From Eukaryota sp. TZLM1-RC (lineage: Eukaryota; Protista; Metamonada: BaSk clade), in contig JAUPSS010000004.1 of the NCBI GenBank assembly GCA_040285825.1, forward strand, positions 1,302,001 through 1,366,000: a stretch of 64,000 nucleotides of DNA, read 5' to 3'. Below are positions 11,433 to 24,851 of the stretch, in pieces. A program made the translations under genes and the position numbers. Position 1 is the stretch's first letter, and every line of letters starts with the position of its first letter. Below the pieces are notes generated by a model that saw nothing but the letters and a program-made list of their open reading frames with translations, made no database searches and was not told where the DNA came from.

Positions 11433-12551
11433 TTATAACAAAGTAACAGTTGCATCTTCAAAAGTTCGGATCAAAGGAACGCCTAATTTTTTACTCAACA
11501 CCATCAAGATTACCAGCCAATAAGTTATAGACAAACCAACTACAACAACCACCCAACCCAAAACAAACCAATATTGGTAAATATTAAATAGAGAAAAAAA
11601 TATTGGATAAAAAAATAAATAGAAAAAGTGTAAATTAATTGTCTGCCTGGAGCAAAGTCGAATAATTAAAACCCTATTGGTTATGTGAAACAGAGATAAC
11701 CCGAATAAAACACAAATAACCTCACTATTACTTTGAATTAAGGATGGAAATTGATAATTAAGAAATATCAAAATAATAATAATGAGCAAAAATGGAGAAA
11801 ATAAATGCAAACATTTAAAATTAGAGAAAGTTGAGTTTGATAAACATTTAAAAAAAGAAATGATAATCAAAACTAGAAACAAAAATGACATACAAAAAAC
11901 TGCATAAACACCTAGTTTCTGACTGTTTCCAAAAATAGTAACAGTCGAACCGAACAATCGTTGTGAATTTTCTGGGCCAATTACCCCCACAATGAAACTA
12001 ACTAGTGAGGCTATCAAGACTCCCTCTGTTGGTCCTGATATAATTCCAAGTGTCATCGTTTTGGTTACTAAATACTCTACCTCGCACGCATAGCCGCACG
12101 CAATTGCACTCAAAACTGATAGAATGGTGATTATACCATTCTGAGGTATGAAGAGAGCAGCTGTAAGGATCCCACCAGAGATGTACACTATGGCGTCAAT
12201 GGAGTGGTCAATGATGTCTCCAAGAGGAGATTTCATGCCACTGTATCTAGCATACGCACCATCAACACCATCACAAGAAAGGAAAACCAGCCATGCAAGT
12301 GAGATGAGAAAGCAATGGTGGCGGTGAAGAGGGGATACAAAAAGGTCGTTGTGAGACAGGGTGATGTAAATGTAAGTACAAATCATGAATAAACCACCAA
12401 AGAATGTGATCATATTGGGAGAAACATGGCGAGGTAAAAGGGTGGCTGTGTGTTTCCACAACGGAGTGAGAACTCTGTTGCCAATGAGAGACTTGTCTGT
12501 GCAGGAATGTTGATATTGCTTCATATTGGAAACATCTTGATTGGAAAACAT
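11433..12551 (-). CDS. CDP-alcohol phosphatidyltransferase (choline/ethanolamine phosphotransferase)
   Basis: Signature DGVDGAYARYSGMKSPLGDIIDHSID; PNMITFFG motif; multi-pass hydrophobic; first ATG at 12551. Confidence 0.9.
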   Translation of the reverse strand: MFSNQDVSNMKQYQHSCTDKSLIGNRVLTPLWKHTATLLPRHVSPNMITFFGGLFMICTYIYITLSHNDLFVSPLHRHHCFLISLAWLVFLSCDGVDGAYARYSGMKSPLGDIIDHSIDAIVYISGGILTAALFIPQNGIITILSVLSAIACGYACEVEYLVTKTMTLGIISGPTEGVLIASLVSFIVGVIGPENSQRLFGSTVTIFGNSQKLGVYAVFCMSFLFLVLIIISFFKCLSNSTFSNFKCLHLFSPFLLIIIILIFLNYQFPSLIQSNSEVICVLFGLSLFHITNRVLIIRLCSRQTINLHFFYLFFYPIFFSLFNIYQYWFVLGWVVVVVGLSITYWLVILMVLSKKLGVPLIRTFEDATVTLL

Positions 12552-12764
12552 GAAATGTAGATGATGTATGCTTTTCTCAAAATTAAAATCATTGCAACAT
12601 GAACTTTTTCTTAATATCACAAATGAGCCCAAGAAGTGATTAAAATTATTTCCTTCACAAGAAAGACCAAAAACGATAACGTAAAAGAAAATGGGAAGTC
12701 ACAAAAATGGATAAATAAATATTCCAGTTTTTAAAAAATATGCTGATCAATTAAATAATTTAAA

Positions 12765-13000
12765 TGGGAACCTTTACTCGACTTGTTCTTTTCTCTTTTT
12801 TATTATCTCAATTTTGAACAAATTTATGTCGTTCAAATGGTTGGAATTTTGCAAGGAACTTATGGAAAAATCGTATCATTTTCGCTTTGTACAGACGTGC
12901 TCCGAAATACTTAAATTTGATGATGTCCAAGCTTTACAAAACTTCATCAAGAGTCAACTGTGAAGAATTTCGTTTTTATGTGATTTAATCTTTTGCGTTT
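12765..13000 (+). mobile_element. 3' remnant of an RLE non-LTR element related to 53024-53935
   Basis: Nucleotide similarity to 53740-53900 (TATGGAA..CGTATCATTTT..TTTGTACAGA..TCCAAGCT..TCATCAAG). Confidence 0.65.
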
Positions 13001-13134
13001 AGTTATTGCGTTAAAAATTGATGAATTTTCAATTTCAAAGAAAAATATACTAAAAAGAAAATAAAAAACAGAAGGGAATACTGTAGCATAAAGGTTTTAA
13101 AAACATTTTTATTTCAGCTTTAAATACATCCCAA

Positions 13135-16100
13135 CTAAAATCTATCAGTAATGAAATTTCGAATGTGATCCACACTTGAAAGGATGTCTTCAGAAATCAT
13201 GTTCAAGAATTCAAAACTGGTGTCTTCTTCTTCCTGTAGAGCAACCAACATTTTGCGGAAAACCATGAAATAGCAGAGAACCAAAGAAAGAACAAAGATG
13301 ATAAATATAATTATAATCAAAACCATATAAAAATTAATTCTTGCTCCAACGTAATAATGAATTATATCCAGAGAATCAAGCCCTAAATCCGCCAAAACAT
13401 CCGACATCTCATTAATTGAAACAAAATCATATAGGAAATTACCACTATAATGCACAGATCCAATGTTTCGTACACTGGTCACAAAATGTGATAAGAGTGT
13501 GTGAAATCCGTCATGCTGAGAGGAATTCTTTTCATTGTCGGCATTTTCGTTGAACAACAAGGTGCTCAGATCTTCGTTAATGTTGCTGCTGTCCAGCAAA
13601 AGTTGATTATGAATACCCACAACCGCGTCAACAATATTGAGAGCATTTTGTACATGGTGTTCAGTGTTAAACTCATCCAGAGCTGAAAAACATAATTCTT
13701 TTGTTGCTTGCAAAACCATCTCCACTCTTTCACCATTTTGTAACAGCATGGAAGGAAACCCTCTGAGATAAACAAAAGCGAATATAGAACTAAAGTAGAA
13801 AAGTGATAAAAAAGAAATATTACTGCCAAGGAAACAGCATACTTCTTGGTGTAACTTGCTAAATGGTGACAGTTAACTTTTTGTTTGACGTGTTCAGCAA
13901 GCTTATGTGATGGAGAACCAGCTACCAGAATAATGCAAAGCGCAATTAATAATGAAATGCCAATACCAATTAAAACTGAAAGAATCACAATGAATTCATT
14001 TGCATTATAATCCAGAACAGAATTTTGAATATTAATCTGTTCCTCCATAACAAGGTGATCTAAAATGGAAAACACGTCGAGAATCTGATAACCTAAGGAA
14101 ACAAAGTGTCTCGATGAAACTACCGCCGATGCCAGTTCAATTAATTCCTCCGGATTTTGGTTCAAATCATCATGACTGTTGGTTAATTCAAGGCCTCCTG
14201 GCAAGATCAACTTGCTACCATTAGTTGTATTTGACATGTCCCAAGAAAATGACTCTAGTTCAGGTGGTAGAGTTGAATATGCCGTTAAACTCAAACTATT
14301 GGCAACATCACAATAAAATATAAATTCATCCATTAATTCAGGAATGGGTTCTAACTGTTGTTTCAAGCGATTGGATAAAGGTTGTAGCTCAGGATGTGAC
14401 ACAATTTGGTTGGCAAGTAAATCTTCGAGAAGAGAAAAGGCACTCATTCGGTTACTGTACCCTCTTGACCATTCCGCAATGGAATCTTCAAATGGCTGAG
14501 ATATGGTACGTCTAAAAACTATTTGAAAACTTGCTTCGAGCTGCAGAAGGCTTCTGAAAACATCAAAAATTTGGTCACTTAAATTTTCGAAATCTTCGGC
14601 ATCATTGTTTCTGGAATTATAAAGGAAAAACAACAGCAACAGCAACAAAAATACGGAAAGGCCAAAGAAAAACGTTGGAACAATCTGCATTTTCCTTAAC
14701 CTGGATCTAAAGTGGTAAGAAACAAATGACAAGACTGAACAAAAGACAAGAGCAATACTTGATTTGATAAACAAAAAAATCCATTCTAAATTGACACTTT
14801 CGATAATTTGATTAATTCGATCTTGATAAATCTCCATTAAACTATCAGCGGTTCCATCAAGTGAATCAAACATATCTCTCAAAACATCCAGGTAGTGGGG
14901 ACTCATAATGACATCCCGTGACAAGCTCAACATTTCGCCATGATCTTTACTAGTGTCGGTTGATTTGTTTGAATACCAATTCATATCAGGATATCGAAGT
15001 CGGTTTTCGAGACGAAAATCTTCATTGTTAATATCATAATCAAAATCAGTCCAGCGTTGAGCTAGAGACACATCAGGTTCAAATGCAAATGTTGATAAAG
15101 TCAGAGAAATATCTTCCAAATATATCATGGTTTGAATCATAGTGGTTGATGTACTTATTGCCAATAAATGCTCGTTTGAAAGTTGTAGAAACAACATTTG
15201 GTTAACATAATCTTCCCGGTCAACTCCGTTCCTGATCTGAATATATCTATTGAGGAAGTATTCATCACCAAAATAAGAGTACAGCTGAGCATATGTCGCT
15301 CTCATTCGGTCAATTGAGGTAATGTCCATGGATAAATCTCTGATTTCTAGTGATGACTCCAAGATTTCCTGTGATGAATGTAAATTTTGATGAACAGAAA
15401 TCAAAGAAATATAAATATAAATTAAAACAAAGACGATAAAAGTCACCATCAGAAAAACCAAAGCTCTCATTCCTAAAGGGACAACTGTGGTCTCTATTGG
15501 AGTTGACGAATCTGAATCTTCCATATCGACGCACAGATCATGTTCCTCGGCGAATTTTTGAAGATTGCCATCATTTTCTGATTTTTCACCGTCTTTCATG
15601 ATGGTTTCATACTCCGAATCAGAATCATCAAAAATTTCAGTTTGGGAGAGACTAACACCCTTCTGCTTTCGTTTTTTGAACTTTGGATCTTGAAGAATAA
15701 GTAGAATTTCAGCTTTAGGAATGTGTAGAAACAAATTGATAATTTCGCTTCTTTCATTTGAAATTTTAGTTAATGACCGTTTGAATAGACCTAGAGCAAT
15801 GAAAACGATGATGAAACAGACCAATACCGTAAATAAAATCATTAATGTAAAAGAGAAATCAAAAAAATCCAGAGTTTCCATAATTAAAATGCTTGATTGT
15901 GCTCTGATTGCATTTTCAAAAGCGCTATACAAACTCCGTACATTGCCCAAATCAACGCTACTTACATTTTCATTATTAATAATCTTTTCTGCAAACAAAA
16001 CAGATTCTAAAGAGTGTCTGAGCCCCAATGCAAAAGCCGAAAGAATATCAGATCTGATTACTATTGGCACAGCAGATTGTTCTATAATCAAGGGATACTG

Positions 16101-18314
16101 GGCATCAAACAGAGAAGCTTGAAATTGTTCTGACGGTGGCTCAATCTCTCGATCTCCAGCCCTTGGGCAGTAAGAAACAGGTTCGTAATTGAAAGGAAGG
16201 GAAAGTCTTCTTAAATGGAAATTCAAATGATTTGCCTGAGGATGAGCATGGTCAAGACTAGATGGAAAACAGCGTTGCTCAGAGACAAGATCGAAGTAAG
16301 ATCGGCTGGAGAGCAAAGCTAAATCACTTCCAGTGTACTTTGCATGTGAAATCTCAACAATTTGATCCATTGAATCAGACACTCTGTTCAAAACACTAGA
16401 GCTGATGAAATAGGAAACTACTGATATGGCAAATAGAGTGAGAAAAGCAACAACTACAGAAAATCTCAAAAGTCCAATAGCAGATCTATGTTTCTTTTCT
16501 TGAGCATTGTCGTTTAAGATTGCTAAAGATTTCAGTCTTTTTGAAGTATTTCTGGTAGAAGCTGCTTTGAAAGAACTGGCAAGGGAAGAACCCTTGCTAG
16601 AAGATTTCTCACTGGACAACATCTCAACTTGGTCCTCCAACCACACGGCTCGTTCCTCATCACAGTCAACGTCCCTAACAAAGTTGGCATATGAAGAGAG
16701 TAAGGAATGGCGATCTCCTTCTTGTGTGGAAAGTAGCCGTTGAAACAGAGAATGAGCATCTGTCTTCTTGCGTTGCACCTTTTTCAATAGTGGAGGAAGA
16801 GTGTTGAGGTCAACGTTGTCAGCAGAGAGAGTTTTCCAAAAGTTAAAAAGACCAGAAAGACATTCCTGATGAAGGGTTGTTAACTGTTTTTGTTGCCGTT
16901 GAATCCTAATGAAATTTGAAGAGTCAACATTTTGACCTGTTGATTTCTGACGTCTCAGGATTTCTAATTGGTGCAATAGCTCATTAATCAAATAGTTTTG
17001 ATCGTATCTCAAATCCATATCCAAATTTTTGAGAAGGTTAAGCGACACTGTGGATTCATGAACATCTTTGCTAATGAACAATTCAAATTTGGTTTTAATG
17101 TATATGGTGAAAAAGGAATCCGGTTGTTGGGATTGAGCAATGGTGTTGAGTAATCTGATGGTGCTACAGTAATGGGATTGATTTGGTTTGGGGAAAATGC
17201 ATCTAGACAGAATGTCTACCGAATAAGGGGTTTTAAACCGGTCAAAATCAAGTGTGGAAAGATCAAAACTGTCGACTATGGCGTTATCGACAATAACTTT
17301 ACTGGTGACAAAGTGATCGTGAAATCTTTCCAGATGGGTGTTCATAAGCTTGTATCTATAAATTACTGCAGCCAAAGAAAATATAATAAACAGAGTACAA
17401 ATACAATAGACCACTATTGATGACATCAGCAGAGATTCCACCACAACCGAGTCATTCATGGTCAAATCCAATATAGAACGAATAATAAGAACCACAGCAG
17501 ATCCGGTCCATAAACCAAGTACACCAATTGCTAAGACATTAGTTCTTTTGTGGAAATAGGGTAGGAAGTAGAGGAAGGAAAAGAACGTAAGAAGCGAGGA
17601 AAAGAGGAATATTGTACGAAACAACCATATTCTGGTGTGCAAAATAAAGAAAACAAAAACAAACATGGACTGGGAGAGAACAAAAATGAAATGGGCATGG
17701 TTATGTGAGCGTGAATGTTTCTTTCTGCTGGTGGGATCTTCGTGACCGTCTAGCACACAGTGCCAGAGGAGCGACAGACAGGTGAGAAGAACAAAGCCAA
17801 AAAGTGCGAGGATTTGTAAGGCCATCGTTATATTTGATGAGCAGTTTGTTAGGCCTTCGGAAAACGTAAGACCTTCAACATCTTCGGACCTACCACATGG
17901 AACGAATGAAAGAAAAAGTGAAGCAAATGGAATGAAGAAAACGCTGCTGAGCAGATGTAATAAGTACGAAAGTAACTTCTGTAGCACCGGTAAGGATCCA
18001 AGGTTATTGAACACGTTCTTGTCAAAGAGAAGATAAGACAACAAAGAAATGAAGACCAACAAAAGACCAATGACAAAAACAGGAATGCGAACCGACGGGT
18101 AGAAGTCGTCATAAAAGGCCACATTGACTATATCAAATAATGGACTTGGATCGAAAATCCGATGGAAAGATACACCACGGAGCACGAAACCAGCAATTTG
18201 TAGGACATGAATCGTAAACAACAATGCACGTATTTTGGAACCGAAAGAAGAGTATCTCGAATGGAAGCTTCTGACTCTATCGCTTTCAAATCCAACAGAA
18301 ACCTCTGATGACAT
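13135..18314 (-). CDS. Large multi-pass membrane protein, TmcB/TmcC-like; one frameshift near 13800
   Basis: ORFs 13566-18317 and 13135-13749 overlap; N-terminal multi-TM region, helical region with LFNFWKTL and YANFVRDVDCD, repeated TM-ectodomain-TM-coiled-coil units ending LFLHIPK and FLNMIS; shift lies near an A-run. Confidence 0.65.
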
Positions 18315-18563
18315 CAAACAAGGTCAATCGAATCGTTGATTTTGGAATTCTTCACAAATCCGTTTCCATAATTAGAACAGATATTTTGTGTAGAGTCTTG
18401 GCTCAATTGAATTGCATCCAATTGCTTGTTAGTATAGATTGCACAAGAACAAAGATGTGTTCTGCACAGTTCTGAACAGAATTGTTATGAAGAGTGTTTG
18501 ACACATCACCATTAAAAGGTTTATAAACAGAATTGGTTTATCTGATGTTAAAAAAAGAATATA

Positions 18564-18692
18564 TTATTGAACATTCGCACTTAATTAAATTAACTCATAA
18601 CTAATGGGACGACTATCATTGAACCAAGATTTCCTCCACAAAATCTTGATCTGCTTGCTGCCTAACTAAAGCTTCTCTTATTCTATTCAAAA
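18564..18692 (-). mobile_element. 3'-end fragment of CRE-like family A
   Basis: Matches the family 3' terminus at 31711-31840. Confidence 0.85.
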
Positions 18693-19159
18693 GCAGACGC
18701 CCTATATGATCAGATGCGATTTTAGGGCAATGAAACTTTTATTGAACGGTTTCCTATTCACTTACGAGAACTTGATTTGAGAAGCAACTATTTATTTTAA
18801 AAAGCTGTTGATTATATCGAGCAGAGCTTACTACCAGTTGGAACTGAATTTTTACATTGCTAAACAGATCAGTTCACTAATTTCAATAGCTACACCACAA
18901 CTCGTGTTGAATCAAATCATGCAGAGCTGAAAAGGAATCGACTTATGGCAAAGAAGGTCTTGACAGTTGGAAGAAAGAAGGCAAGAAGATGTGGTAATTT
19001 TGCTAAAATAGGGCACTATGCAACTAAGTTTACACTCCCTTGCAATAAATATACTCCTTTAACAATAAAAAACTCAATCAATCAATCAATTTTATTGTGA
19101 ATTGTTTTTTTATTTATGAATTTGTGAATCGTTTTCCTGAAACAATTCATCTCATTTGA

Positions 19160-20088
19160 AAATTGTGGCAGCTCTTGTCTTATTTCTTTACAACAGGAAA
19201 TTGAAACTTTTTCACCCGATATTTGGGCTAAATGTTTCCCCTCTGATATTGTGGAACTTCCTTCAAGAACCTTGCTCTCCTTACCACTGACTTTTGCAAA
19301 ATTGCAGAAAAAAATCTTGAAAGTTTCAGAAAACTTAGATTATATTGTACTTCTTAGCTTGGCTAAGGAAAAAATCCAGTTTTTGCAAACTTTTTGATTG
19401 ATCTTGAAGACAGTTGCTCAAGTTGCCTAATCTCCCAAATTCCCAACATTTATGGCCTTCTACTTAATGATCACCAATGAAACACTGCAATGAGAATGAG
19501 ATGTTTTCTATGGCCTTGTTCATTACCAAATGATTTAATTTGTCGCTGCAAGAGTGTTGTTACGCTTTCCCATATTTTAAACTGTAAGTATTTTATAACT
19601 TATCGCTGAATTGTTCATGACTCAGTTCGTGATCAATTATATGCCATGTGCAAAAGTTTCAATATAGAGGCATTTTTGAGCCACTAGTACGTGAGCTGTC
19701 TTCACATCAAACTGATGATTCCTTTGGTAAAAGAAGGGCAGATTTAGTAGCTCCAGAGATCGATGGTGTTCTCAATGTTGTAGATGTTGTCTCAGTTGAT
19801 GTTTACAAAAATTCTGCTGCTCGTTTAGTTTATTCCGTTGATTCGCCGTTATCTAGCACCGAAAAAAAGAAGATAAAAAACTATGAAGAACCTTTGGCGC
19901 AGTTAGGTAGAGTGGAACATGTGAAATATCAGTTTGTGCCGTTTGCAATTTCTCTTTTTGGCAATATTGGACCTTCAGGGTTGCACTTTTTTGAAAATTT
20001 TAAAAAAGTGTCTGGTAAAACAATGAACTCCACTTTCTGGTTAAACAAAATTGTTTTTTGCATTTTCAAGTCTATTCTAACAATTTAA
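19160..20088 (+). mobile_element. Degenerate 3' half of a second RLE non-LTR family
   Basis: C-x-C..H..C finger, HDSVRD, RRADLV..VVDV, EKKKIKNY, FVPFAISLFGNIG (PD-(D/E)xK RLE motifs). Confidence 0.8.
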
Positions 20089-20095
20089 AGAATAT

Positions 20096-20460
20096 AGTAT
20101 AGTGCGAAAAAGACTGACATCATAAGACTTCCATTCTTAATGGTTGTTACAATGTGAACATGACAAAAATGAAAACAGAGATTTTATCCATTTTTGGTTC
20201 AATAACGGAGAATCCTGCCCAAATGCTTTCTTCTGTGGACCAAAGAGTCATTTGGACGAGAGAAATACCCTACTGTGAAATGTCATTCTTTGTGAAGATG
20301 TCGTTCTGATGTTGGAATAGAAGAATGTGATGGAAATGATAAGGCATGGAATCCTTAACAAGTTAGCATGTATCAACATTAAGACATGTAGAGTTAATTT
20401 GTAGAGGTTAGTGTTGGTGATAGGCCTCCATATTTGTCACAAGTAATGTTATTGAATCAA
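20096..20460. repeat. Dispersed repeat; inverted copy at about 41590-41948
   Basis: Long near-identical blocks, e.g. GAAGAATGTGATGGAAATGATAAGGCATGGAATCCTTAACAAGTTAGCAT, with the reverse complement at 41678-41727. Confidence 0.8.
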
Positions 20461-20789
20461 CATTCTCCATCGTTGTTCATTTCCAGCAGAACTTTGTGTT
20501 ATCATTACCAAATCTTCCGAATCTGATAATCTTTAAGAAAACTCAAAAATTGCATTTCTCCATCCATCGAAAAAAGCACACGAAGTAAGAATCGGAGGCT
20601 TTGCCCAACCTGACCTAGTAGTGTACATCAATACTTCAATTCTGATCATGATTAAAATTTAGATAAAGCTATGTGTATGCTTCACAAACAATAAAGCTTT
20701 TACAGAGTCTTTCATTTTCTTTTTTTTTGATTCAAAAGTTTTTTTGTATTTATTGAATTTTTTTAAAAACTTGTTTTTATTTAATTTTA

Positions 20790-21357
20790 ATTTTAATTTT
20801 ATTCAAAACCTATAAATCAACATCTAAAAAATCCATCTCTCCCAAAACAAAAACACTAGATGCAACTCTCTCATAGTGAGAATCAAGAGACAGCAAAGCA
20901 TCAGAAACCATCTTCAACATCCCCATAAAAATAAAAAACACAATTCTATTTTGCCAAATCAATCTGTTGAAATTTCTCCCAGTTCTTCTCTTTACAATCA
21001 ATTCAAAATCATCCAAAAAACGTAAAGCAGTTGGTGCAAGTGAACCAAAAAGGGAAAATACAAATGGATACAAATTGTATTTTGCATGCTGTAGACTGGC
21101 CAATTTGGACATAGGTTCATTGTATTTTTTGAGTTTGGATTTTCCAGCATTTGAAAGAGGATAATGAATTTCAGAGTCAACAAGCCCTTCATTTGAGGCA
21201 AAAATTTGAGTTTCATTTTTTAAAAACAGGAATATTTATTGAGATAAAAATAGCCATCCAGAATTCAATATCCTCCAAACAAGCGTCACTATTACTGAAC
21301 CTACTCACAGCGTTACGTTCATATTCTACACCAATAGCTAAAAGTGCCTTTGAAATC
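20790..21357 (-). mobile_element. 3' remnants of further RLE non-LTR elements
   Basis: YPFVFSLFGSLAPTALRFLDDF..WQNRIVF (ORF 20810-21112); a second C-terminus (YERNAVSRFSNSDACLEDIEF) at about 21260-21357. Confidence 0.7.
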
Positions 21358-21484
21358 ATTGAATTTGCACACTTAATTAAATTAACTCATAACTAATGGG
21401 ACGACTATCATTGAATCAAGATTTCCTCTACAAAATCTTGATCTTCTTGCTGTCTAGCTAAAGCTTCTCTTATTCTATAGAAAA
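21358..21484 (-). mobile_element. 3'-end fragment of CRE-like family A
   Basis: Matches the family 3' terminus. Confidence 0.85.
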
Positions 21485-21547
21485 CAACAATGTAATATAA
21501 TATGATTTGATTGACGAAATATTCTCACCATCAATTCAAATCATCGC

Positions 21548-21925
21548 ATGGGGTGTGGAGCATCCATTCCGATACTTGACCCACATGATGAATCCAAGCA
21601 ATCCTCCCTTCTTCCCAACAACGTGTTTTGTGACACAGAGGTTTCTGATGACAGTAATGTCCAATATCATGCTCAGTTCCTGCACAAAGAAGTACAACAC
21701 CCTAACGACATTTTGACTGACGATTCCTCACCCCTTCCTTCTACACTAGATGTAAGCCTACATGGTGCCAGGCCTGTTTTGAATGATTCCAAACAATCCC
21801 ACTCAGTCAAAAGTTTTGAAGTTGGTGAACTTGATGAAATTGCTGCGGAAAAGAACAAGATAAAGATAATGGAATTGTTTCAAAACAGAATAAAAGGAAG
21901 GAAGGAAGAGAATGAATGTCAATAG
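21548..21925 (+). CDS. Small hypothetical protein with N-terminal dual-acylation motif
   Basis: 125 aa starting MGCGAS (myristoylation/palmitoylation type). Confidence 0.6.
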   Translation: MGCGASIPILDPHDESKQSSLLPNNVFCDTEVSDDSNVQYHAQFLHKEVQHPNDILTDDSSPLPSTLDVSLHGARPVLNDSKQSHSVKSFEVGELDEIAAEKNKIKIMELFQNRIKGRKEENECQ

Positions 21926-22767
21926 CGGAGATGAAAAGTATAATGATTACTCCCATTATGGACATTGCAGAATTGCAATTGTGCCAGATGTGTTTCATGT
22001 TGCCGTGATAAAACGAAACACACCACCAGTCATTGTAATATTTTCTTTTCATCGAAAATGACAATTGCGGGTAGGATTTTCAGAAAATGTCAGTAGATCA
22101 GTAGATTACATTACACAAATGTGTCAGATTTTGCATATTGGAATGTCAATAAATTTTTTCTCAATACATGCATCCAAAAGAGGATTGGGTTCTGAATGAT
22201 GCTTAAAACGATTTGATAAAGGTTGGAGCTCATGATTTGAGACAATTTGATTGGATAGTAAATCTTCAAATAGAGAAATTAATCAATATTTCATTTTTAG
22301 GTTCTCCAGGGCTTAGCCTCCACCATCCGTTGACCCAACAATTGTTGACTTCACTAAAATCATTGTATTTGCAAAAAAACATACATTACATAGAATATCT
22401 GTTGAAGCGCGTATTATTAGGGTCATCAAGAAATAATTTCAATTGCAAAGTCTATTGCTCTAACAATTTTATCTACTCGATATGATTTGGACATAACTTG
22501 GATTTTCTCTGATAATGTTCTGTATCATACCTCTAAATTTAATAAAATGCTTACATTTTTGAAGATAAGAAAACAAAATGGGTTTATGGCAGATGTAGAA
22601 TACACTGTTTTTGCATTGATCATTCTGGAGCTATTAGCGATTTGTTCTCAATGAGTCTTAAATAAAGCTTTGGTTTCCAAGAAACAGTTAAACCCGTAAA
22701 AGATGTGGAATTTTATATGATCGCAAAACATAAAAATAATGAAACAGTGTTTCAGTTCCAAAAGGTT

Positions 22768-22840
22768 CTCCCTGACTGGGACTCGAACCCAGAGTCGTTC
22801 GATTAAAAGTCGAACGCGCTACCAATTACGCCATCAGGGA
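22768..22840 (-). tRNA. tRNA-Lys(TTT)
   Basis: Reverse complement folds as a clean cloverleaf: TCCCTGA/TCAGGGA acceptor, TTCGA-CT-TTT-AA-TCGAA anticodon arm, CTGGG-TTCGAGT-CCCAG T-arm. Confidence 0.95.
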
Positions 22841-23299
22841 CTGTAACTAATTTTGTCTGAGAAAAAGGTGGAACAAAAATACAACAAGATGGAACATACT
22901 CTCACCAAGACACTACAAGATTCGGAATTTAATAATCCATTTTTCTCAAAGAGTCAGTAATGTCTGTTTTTATTTTTAGGTACAGAAAAACAGTTCTGAA
23001 AAATCAAATTGGATTTAATTCCGAACATTCTCCAAAATCCCAGCATTTTTCCATTCACTCTTTCCTAAACCATGGTAGTAATGCTTCTGGTGACAATTTA
23101 ATCTCGTGTACATTTTCTTGTTTGGAAATCTTATCCATGGAAGCTGTATTATTGAATAAAAGATCAATATTAATTCATGGACTTTTATTTACTTCGGATG
23201 TAAAGGTTGTTTCAAAGATAAAGAAGTATCTTTTTCTCAAAATTACAATTAATTCAATTGTATGGACAACTCAATATTATATTCGGAATTGTTTAATCC

Positions 23300-23960
23300 G
23301 CATCGTTTACTCAAAATAATCCAATATTCTCACTTATGTTTTACATAAGTCATAGAAAATTAGCAGCTCTGTTGGGAATGTGAGATAGCTTAAGTCAGTG
23401 ACGCAATTGTTATGATATTACAGCAGCAACATAACTAGTGAGACGGGTAATTGTATCTAAAGGTCTCAATCGATTATTAGCGTTGAAGCATTTTTAATCA
23501 ATTCCAATAATATTGAAATTTCGTTAAGATATATGAGGAAATTGATCGTTTATGCCGATCGTAGTAATAAAATCACTCAGAAATACTTTCCTTTTTCATA
23601 AGTCATTCAAGTGGTTAATCTCAGCGAATCCAGACTTTCACAGTCATCCCTATCTCCAATACAATTTTGTAGCCAATGTTGAATCAACTGTTAGGCGAAT
23701 TCACAATGAATGTTCAGTTGAATTATCTTGTTTTCCATGATGTTTTCAGTGTCCTTTTAAACAGCACAATTTGTCGTACAGTTTAATCGAAAAGTCAAAC
23801 ACTATTTCAAAAGGACAATCAGCATTTCCATTATCCGGTGTTGGATGGGAAGTGTTGTTGGCAGAATTTTTAATATTAAAATTCAATTTTCAAAAATCAA
23901 ACAGTTGATAATTCATGATGCAATACCCATTTATCTCAAGCAAGATATTTTTCCCTAATT
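23300..23960 (+). pseudogene. Degenerate LRR region of the RCC1-LRR family
   Basis: NECSVELSCFP motif matches NECLVELSCFPW in ORF 42467-43540; many stops. Confidence 0.5.
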
Positions 23961-24432
23961 GAAATTAAAATCAAATTGTATCGGTCAATAAAAATTTGAC
24001 ACATTCTCTGTTATTGCCAAATAATTTTTGAATTCTTATGTAATTCATGATGTTTTTGTCAAAGTTAAGGAATTTCTGGTTGAATAAGTCAGTTTTCCTT
24101 ATTGTATTGTATTGTGGTATGCAAGAAATCAATTTGCGATTAGATTTTATAATGGTGTTCAAATTGTTTGGGTCAGACATAAGCACAGAGAGATTCATAT
24201 TTCTAAGTGACGATTTGTGTGAATAGGGAAGAAACTTTGACATCAAAAGAATTAAACCATATGTTCATTCTTCATCAGTTTTCCTTCGTTATTCAAACAT
24301 GATCAATTGATATTTCTGGTCGAAAATTAAACCCCTTAAAATAACCCCCAGCTGGTAGGTGTTTTATTTGGCTGTGGGTATTTTTTTTAAATGTAATTCA
24401 ATGTATTTAACAATAATATAAAATATTCCTTC

Positions 24433-24532
24433 GACAGCAAGCAGATGAAGATTTTACAGAGAAAATCTTGGTTTAATGGTAGTCGTCCTATTAGTTATGA
24501 GTTAATTTAATTAAGTGTGCAAATTCAATAAA
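24433..24532 (+). mobile_element. 3'-end fragment of CRE-like family A
   Basis: Matches the family 3' terminus, ending GTGTGCAAATTCAATAAA. Confidence 0.85.
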
Positions 24533-24851
24533 TAAAGATTTCCTTGGACTTAAAAAAATACAATTAACTATAATATGTTGCTATATCTATATCCAAAATA
24601 TAAAACCATTCACGGCTTTCAATGATTATTATAACATACAACTCAAATCCAAACAATTGGTCACAGCAAAACAGAATTCAACCCACTACCATTTTCTCAA
24701 TCCCATTTGATGAGATGGAGAAAACAAAGCCTTTCCGGAAGTCCCATACCTTGATTGCATGAAGAAGGGAATCAGGGCAGGGGGAAGAAAGTGGGGGTGC
24801 TAGAAGTGAAAGTTGTGTTGTGATGAATGTGAGGTTTCGTTTAAACAATGT

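Noticed and set aside
18930-19030. RRCGNFAKIGHYATK zinc-knuckle-like remnant
   Set aside because: Too short and degenerate to classify
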